Origin: an uncultured bacterium
Lineage (GTDB): Bacteria > CAYJRR01
Length of the DNA stretch: 20,000 nt
Assembly: GCA_964372275.1 (NCBI GenBank)
Contig: CAYJRR010000007.1
Span: forward strand, 50,245-70,244
Direction: 5' to 3'
Each line of letters begins with the position of its first letter. Within the stretch, counting starts at the first letter, position 1. The notes under the pieces are model-generated. The model was given only the letters and a program-made list of their open reading frames with translations, was not told the DNA's origin and searched no databases. The position numbers were made by a program, and so were the translations under genes. Of this stretch, positions 15,332 to 20,000 are shown one piece after another.

Positions 15332-17305
15332 ATGAGAACGGCATCGCTCGTCGCCAGCGCTCTGGTCCTGCTCGCCTTCGCGCCGATCGCGCGCGCGGCC
15401 GATCCGACCCCCACGCCAACCCCGGAGGCGGCGGGCGAGGAGGCGCCCAAGGCGAAGAAGGGGAAGAAGGGGGCGAAGCCGCCCGCAGAGTCCGAGGAGA
15501 AGGCGGCCGAGACGGCGGCCGAAAAACCGGGCGCGAAGGAGCCGGACACGGGGGCAGACGCCGCCGCTGCCGACAAGCCCACGGAGAAGAGCGCCGACAA
15601 GCCGGCCGACAAGGCGGTGGAACCGGGCGACGCCAAGGAGGGCGAGAAGGCGGCCGAGAAGCCAGCCGACAAGAAAGCCGACGCAGCCAGGCCGGTGGCC
15701 CCTTCGAAGTACCCCGACGCCGACACCCTCAAGAAGCTCGACGCCCGCTTCGCCCCGGTCGACATCAAGGCCGAGACCGGTTCGTTGCCTCCAAACGAGC
15801 GCCGCGCCCTCGCGCAGCTGGTGAAGGCGGCGAAGATCATGGACACCCTCTTCATGCGGCAGGTGTGGGGTGGCAGCGAGACGAAGCTGCTCGAGCTGAG
15901 CCTCGACCCCTCGCCCCTCGGCCGGGCGCGCTTCCAGTACTTCGTTCGACACAAGGGTCCGTGGGACCGGCAGGACGAGAACAAGGGGTTCCTCCCCGAC
16001 GTCCCGCCGACCAAGCCGGAGGGCGGAAACTTCTATCCGCCGGGCTCGAAGAAGGCGGACATCGAGAGCTGGATCGAAGGACTCGGCGAGAAGGAGAAGG
16101 CGGCGGCGACCGGCTTCTTCACCACCATCCGACGAGGAGCCGACGGGAAGATGATGGCCGTCCCCTACAGCGTCGAGTACCAGGGGGAGCTCGCCGAAGC
16201 GGCGCGCCTGCTCCGCGACGCGGCGAAGAACACCCAGAACGCCTCGCTCCGGACCTACCTGAACGAACGGGCGCGGGCGTTCCTCACCAACGACTACTAC
16301 GCCAGCGACGTCGCCTGGATGGAGCTGGACAGCCCGATCGAGCCGACGATCGGGCCCTACGAAACGTACGAAGACGCCTGGTTCAGCTACAAGGCGGCCT
16401 TCGAGGCGTTCATCACCCTCCGCGACGACGCCGAGACCGAGAAGCTGGCCAAGTTCGCCGCCGAATTGCAGGGGCTGGAGAACAACCTCCCGATCGACAA
16501 GAAGCTGCGCAACCCGAAGATCGGCAGCCTGGCTCCGATCCGCGTGGTGAACGTCGTCTTTACCGCCGGCGACGCGAACCGCGGCGTGCAAACCGCCGCC
16601 TTCAACCTTCCCAACGACGAGCGCGTCATCAAGGAGAAGGGCTCGAAGCGAGTGATGCTCAAGAACATCCAGGAGGCGAAGTTCGAGCAGGTGCTGAAGC
16701 CGATCGTGAACGTCGCGCTTGCCGAGGCCGACCGGGGCGACGTCACCTTCGACGCCTTCTTCACCCACATCCTGATGCACGAGCTGATGCACGGACTGGG
16801 GCCCCACGAAGTGCAGGGGGGAAAGGGGACGGTCCGGGAGGCCTTGAAGGAGAACAGCAGCGCGCTGGAGGAGGCGAAGGCCGACATCTCCGGTCTGTGG
16901 GCGCTGCAGTTCCTGATCGACAAGGGAAAGCTCGACAAGTCGTTGCAGAAGTCGATCTACAAGACCTACGTGGCGTCGGCCTTCCGCACGCTGCGTTTCG
17001 GCGCCACCGAGGCGCACGGGAAGGGGATGGCGCTCCAGCTCAACACGCTGCTCGACTACGGCGGCGTGGTCGTGGCCAAGGACGGCACGTTCGGCGTCAA
17101 CGAGAAGAAGTTCCGCAAGGCGATGGAAGCGCTGACGCGCGACATCATGACGGTCCAGGCGAAGGGGAACTACGACCTGGCGAAGAAGATGCTCGACGGC
17201 GCGGTGGTGCGCCCGCCCGTGCAGGCGGTCCTGGACAAGCTGACCGAGGTCCCGATCGACATCGCGCCGCGATTCGTCACCGCCGCCCAGCTTACCCAAC
17301 GCTGA
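15332..17305 (+). CDS. Secreted zinc metallopeptidase, DPP III-like (M49, HEXXH type) with Lys/Glu/Ala/Pro-rich N-terminal extension
   Basis: Signal peptide; GNFYP, IGPYETYED, AFNLPNDE, HELMHGLG, EEAKAD. Confidence 0.88.
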   Translation: MRTASLVASALVLLAFAPIARAADPTPTPTPEAAGEEAPKAKKGKKGAKPPAESEEKAAETAAEKPGAKEPDTGADAAAADKPTEKSADKPADKAVEPGDAKEGEKAAEKPADKKADAARPVAPSKYPDADTLKKLDARFAPVDIKAETGSLPPNERRALAQLVKAAKIMDTLFMRQVWGGSETKLLELSLDPSPLGRARFQYFVRHKGPWDRQDENKGFLPDVPPTKPEGGNFYPPGSKKADIESWIEGLGEKEKAAATGFFTTIRRGADGKMMAVPYSVEYQGELAEAARLLRDAAKNTQNASLRTYLNERARAFLTNDYYASDVAWMELDSPIEPTIGPYETYEDAWFSYKAAFEAFITLRDDAETEKLAKFAAELQGLENNLPIDKKLRNPKIGSLAPIRVVNVVFTAGDANRGVQTAAFNLPNDERVIKEKGSKRVMLKNIQEAKFEQVLKPIVNVALAEADRGDVTFDAFFTHILMHELMHGLGPHEVQGGKGTVREALKENSSALEEAKADISGLWALQFLIDKGKLDKSLQKSIYKTYVASAFRTLRFGATEAHGKGMALQLNTLLDYGGVVVAKDGTFGVNEKKFRKAMEALTRDIMTVQAKGNYDLAKKMLDGAVVRPPVQAVLDKLTEVPIDIAPRFVTAAQLTQR

Positions 17306-17314
17306 TCGAACGAC

Positions 17315-18406
17315 ATGCGTAGACGAGAGATCGCCGGAATCGTCCTGTCCGCGGCGGGGGGGCTCCTCCTCGCCGGCTGCCCGCCCAAGACCGCGCCGCC
17401 GTCGAAGGACGGCGGGCTCAAAGTGGTGCGCGTCTACACCTCCCTCTACCGCGAGGTGGTGGAGGCGGTCGCGCCGGTGGTGTCGGCGGAGCTGGCGCGC
17501 ACCGCCCCCGGCGTCGCGGTGGAGTGGGTCCAGGGGAACAGCGGGAAGATCGCGCGCCGACTCGACGACGAGCACCGATCGGGCGGCAGCACCGCCGACG
17601 TCCTCCTCGTCTCCGACGTCGCCTACTACCACCGGCTGAAGGCCGAGGGGCGGCTCGTCTCCTACTTCTCACCCAAGGCGGCGACACACCCGTCGGAGAC
17701 GCGCGATGCGGACGGCGCCTTCGCCACGTCGCGATTCTCGACGATGGTGATCGGCCTATCGCCGGAGATGGCGGCCGGGATGGCGGGCAAGGCCCCGGCG
17801 CGATTCGAGGAGCTCGACGTCTACGGCACGCGCCTCGCCATGGGCGACCCGGCCGTCTCGGGGACCGCCTTCACCACGACGGCCGAGCTCTCCTCGCGCT
17901 TCGGGTGGGACTGGTTCCGCGCGCTCAAGGCCAAAGGGGCGCTCGCGGCCGGGAGCAACTCGACGGTCCTCCAGCGGCTCGACACCGGCGTCTCCGACGT
18001 CGGCGTCGTACTCCTCGAGAATCTGCTGATGGCGAAGGCGGGCGGCAGCAAGGTCGGGGTCGTCTTCCCGAAGGACGGCGCGGTGCTGATCCCGGGACCG
18101 ATCGCGCTGCTCCCGCACGCGAAGGGGTCGCCCGCGGCGCGCGCCGTCTACGACGCAATCCTCGCCGAGCCGACGCAACGGGCGATCGTCGCCCAGGGAT
18201 TCATGCACTCCCCCGATCCGGCGCTGCCGCCGCCGTCCGGGGCGCCGACCTTCCGCGAGCTGCTCGCTGAAAAGCCGCTCGACACGCTCTACCGGCCGCG
18301 CGAGGACGCCGAGCAGGTCCTCGCCACCTTCCGCGAGATCTTCCAGGGCCACAGGGGTCCGGGGAGTTCCCCGGAGAGCCCGAAGGGCGAGGTGAAGGCG
18401 CGATGA
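17315..18406 (+). CDS. ABC transporter substrate-binding lipoprotein, Fe(III)/AfuA-like
   Basis: Lipobox LLAG-C; VYTS, ADVLL, MGDPAVSGTAF, VVFPKDGAVLIPGPIAL. Confidence 0.85.
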   Translation: MRRREIAGIVLSAAGGLLLAGCPPKTAPPSKDGGLKVVRVYTSLYREVVEAVAPVVSAELARTAPGVAVEWVQGNSGKIARRLDDEHRSGGSTADVLLVSDVAYYHRLKAEGRLVSYFSPKAATHPSETRDADGAFATSRFSTMVIGLSPEMAAGMAGKAPARFEELDVYGTRLAMGDPAVSGTAFTTTAELSSRFGWDWFRALKAKGALAAGSNSTVLQRLDTGVSDVGVVLLENLLMAKAGGSKVGVVFPKDGAVLIPGPIALLPHAKGSPAARAVYDAILAEPTQRAIVAQGFMHSPDPALPPPSGAPTFRELLAEKPLDTLYRPREDAEQVLATFREIFQGHRGPGSSPESPKGEVKAR

Positions 18407-19896
18407 AACGGCTGCTCGTCGCGGTGTCGATGCTCGCCGCGCTGCCGGCGTCCGCCGAGTCGCTGGAGTCGGCGTGGCCGCTCAAGGTGTTCCGGCTGAT
18501 GCCGCCGGGGCAGGAGGACCAGCTCCTCGGCACGACCGGCTCCGACCAGGCGGTCGCGATCCCCGACGGCGCCACCTGGTACGTGCAGCCCTACGGCACC
18601 ACGCTCCAGGACGACGACGTGCGCGAGCTCGCGCTCGAGGTCGAGGCGAAGAAGATCCCGGGGCTCTCGTTGCAGGGGTTCCGCAACATCGGCGACGCGG
18701 AGCTGCGCCACCTCGAGGGCCTGCCGATCCAGACGCTGCTCCTGGGGAGCACGTCGGTGAGCGACCTGGGCGTGGCGCGCCTGCGCGGACTGCCGCGGCT
18801 CACCACCTTGAGCCTGGCGCGCACGCGCGTCTCCGACGCCGGGCTCGGCGAGGTGGTCTCGCTCAAAGGGGTGAAGCGGCTGTTCCTCGACGGCGCCAAG
18901 ATCGGCGACGCCGGGGTGAAGCGGCTGCGCGGCGCGACGTCGATCGTCGCCTTGAGCCTCTCGTCGACGCTGATCACCGACGCGGCGCTGGCCGACGTCG
19001 GCGAGATGAAGGGTCTGACGGCGCTGCATCTCGGGAACACCAAGATCACCGATGCGGGCCTCGAGAGCCTGCGCGGCCTGACGGCGCTCGAGGCGTTGGA
19101 GCTCTCGCCGTCGCCGATCGGCGATCCGGGGCTCTTGGCGATCGCCGGGAACGCCGGCCTCAAGGTGCTCGGGCTCTCGTACTCGAAGGTCACCGACGCC
19201 GGGCTCGACCACGTCGCGGGGATGAAGGGGCTCACGTCGCTGACGCTGTTCAACGCGAAGATCACCGACGCCGGCCTGGCGAAGCTGAAAGGCCTGACCG
19301 AGCTCCGGAAGCTCGACCTGCGCAACACCGCCATCACCGACGCCGGCCTCGCGAGCCTCGCCGGGATGACCAAGCTCGAGACGTTGCTGCTGTTCGGCTG
19401 TCCGGTGGGGGATGCCGGAATCGCCAAGCTCAAAGGGTTGACCGGCATCACCAAGCTCTACCTCGGCGACACGAAGGTCGGGGACGCGGCGGTCGGGCAC
19501 CTCAAGGGAATGGCGGCGTTGGCGGAGCTCGACCTCGACAATACCGCGGTCGGCGACGCGGGCCTCTCGCACCTTCGCGGGCGCACCACGATGACCTCGC
19601 TGAACCTGTTCGGGACGAAGGTCACCGACAACGGCCTCGCGAACCTGAAAGGAATGAACAACCTCGCCACGCTCTACCTCAACAACACCCGCGTGACCGA
19701 CGCCGGGCTTTCGCAGGTCGCCGGACTTCCGGGGTTGAAGACCTTGGCGCTCGACAACACCAAGGTGACCGACGCCGGCATGGCGAAGCTTTCGAGCCTC
19801 ACCGGGCTCACCACCCTCACCCTCTACGGGACGGCGGTGAGTGACGAGGGGCTGGCGCCGCTCAAGGCACGGCCCCGGCTGCAGATCAGCAAGTAG
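18403..19896 (+). CDS. Secreted leucine-rich repeat protein (about 17 x 24-aa repeats)
   Basis: ATGA overlap with the upstream gene; signal peptide; consensus L..L.L..T.(I/V)TDAGL..L.G(L/M). Confidence 0.93.
   Translation: MKRLLVAVSMLAALPASAESLESAWPLKVFRLMPPGQEDQLLGTTGSDQAVAIPDGATWYVQPYGTTLQDDDVRELALEVEAKKIPGLSLQGFRNIGDAELRHLEGLPIQTLLLGSTSVSDLGVARLRGLPRLTTLSLARTRVSDAGLGEVVSLKGVKRLFLDGAKIGDAGVKRLRGATSIVALSLSSTLITDAALADVGEMKGLTALHLGNTKITDAGLESLRGLTALEALELSPSPIGDPGLLAIAGNAGLKVLGLSYSKVTDAGLDHVAGMKGLTSLTLFNAKITDAGLAKLKGLTELRKLDLRNTAITDAGLASLAGMTKLETLLLFGCPVGDAGIAKLKGLTGITKLYLGDTKVGDAAVGHLKGMAALAELDLDNTAVGDAGLSHLRGRTTMTSLNLFGTKVTDNGLANLKGMNNLATLYLNNTRVTDAGLSQVAGLPGLKTLALDNTKVTDAGMAKLSSLTGLTTLTLYGTAVSDEGLAPLKARPRLQISK
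18655..19872 (+). repeat. LRR array with about 72-nt period
   Basis: Recurrent (A/G)TCACCGACGCCGG-like units spaced 72 nt apart. Confidence 0.9.
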
Positions 19897-19907
19897 GAGC
19901 GCACCGA

Positions 19908-20000
19908 ATGAAGATCGTCCGCAGCAAAGAAGTCGACTTCGCCCCCGCGCTCGACCGCGGGAAGTTCTCGAACCGCCGGAAGGGGCTGTCGCCCGCCGAG
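19908..20000 (+). CDS. 5' fragment of a CDS running off the window, possibly a cupin-domain protein
   Basis: AGGAG at 19895-19899, ATG 19908, open to the edge: MKIVRSKEVDFAPALDRGKFSNRRKGLSPAE. Confidence 0.6.
   Translation, partial: MKIVRSKEVDFAPALDRGKFSNRRKGLSPAE

Noticed and set aside
18655-19872. 72-nt periodicity resembling a CRISPR repeat-spacer unit
   Set aside because: Degenerate, in frame and fully explained by 24-aa LRRs; no cas genes.

Overview
A very GC-rich bacterial window with dense coding; gene content and style suggest a Myxococcota/deltaproteobacterial-type organism (inference only). It holds 17 complete CDS plus one truncated at the right edge, and two tRNA-Ser genes. Recognisable genes: mgtE, tadA, a TetR regulator divergent from a fatty-acid-hydroxylase/sterol-desaturase gene, a DUF2259-like protein, a TMEM220-like protein, a DPP III-like (M49) metallopeptidase, an Fe(III)-type ABC binding lipoprotein and a 17-repeat LRR protein. 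Most of the rest are uncharacterised lipoproteins. I saw no integrase, transposase, CRISPR array or defence system. Best leads: (1) a lipid-anchored di-heme bCCP/MauG-superfamily protein with a MauG-type Tyr at the distal-ligand position, apparent loss of the inter-heme Trp, and no known substrate gene nearby; (2) tadA, whose stop codon lies inside the mature tRNA-Ser(GGA); (3) a His/Trp-motif lipoprotein made of three exactly 300-nt repeats behind a candidate sigma54/IHF/enhancer promoter; (4) a PKD lipoprotein whose CARDB and PPC motifs appear interleaved; (5) a highly structured spacer between the tRNAs. All family assignments come from motif recognition by eye, not database searches.
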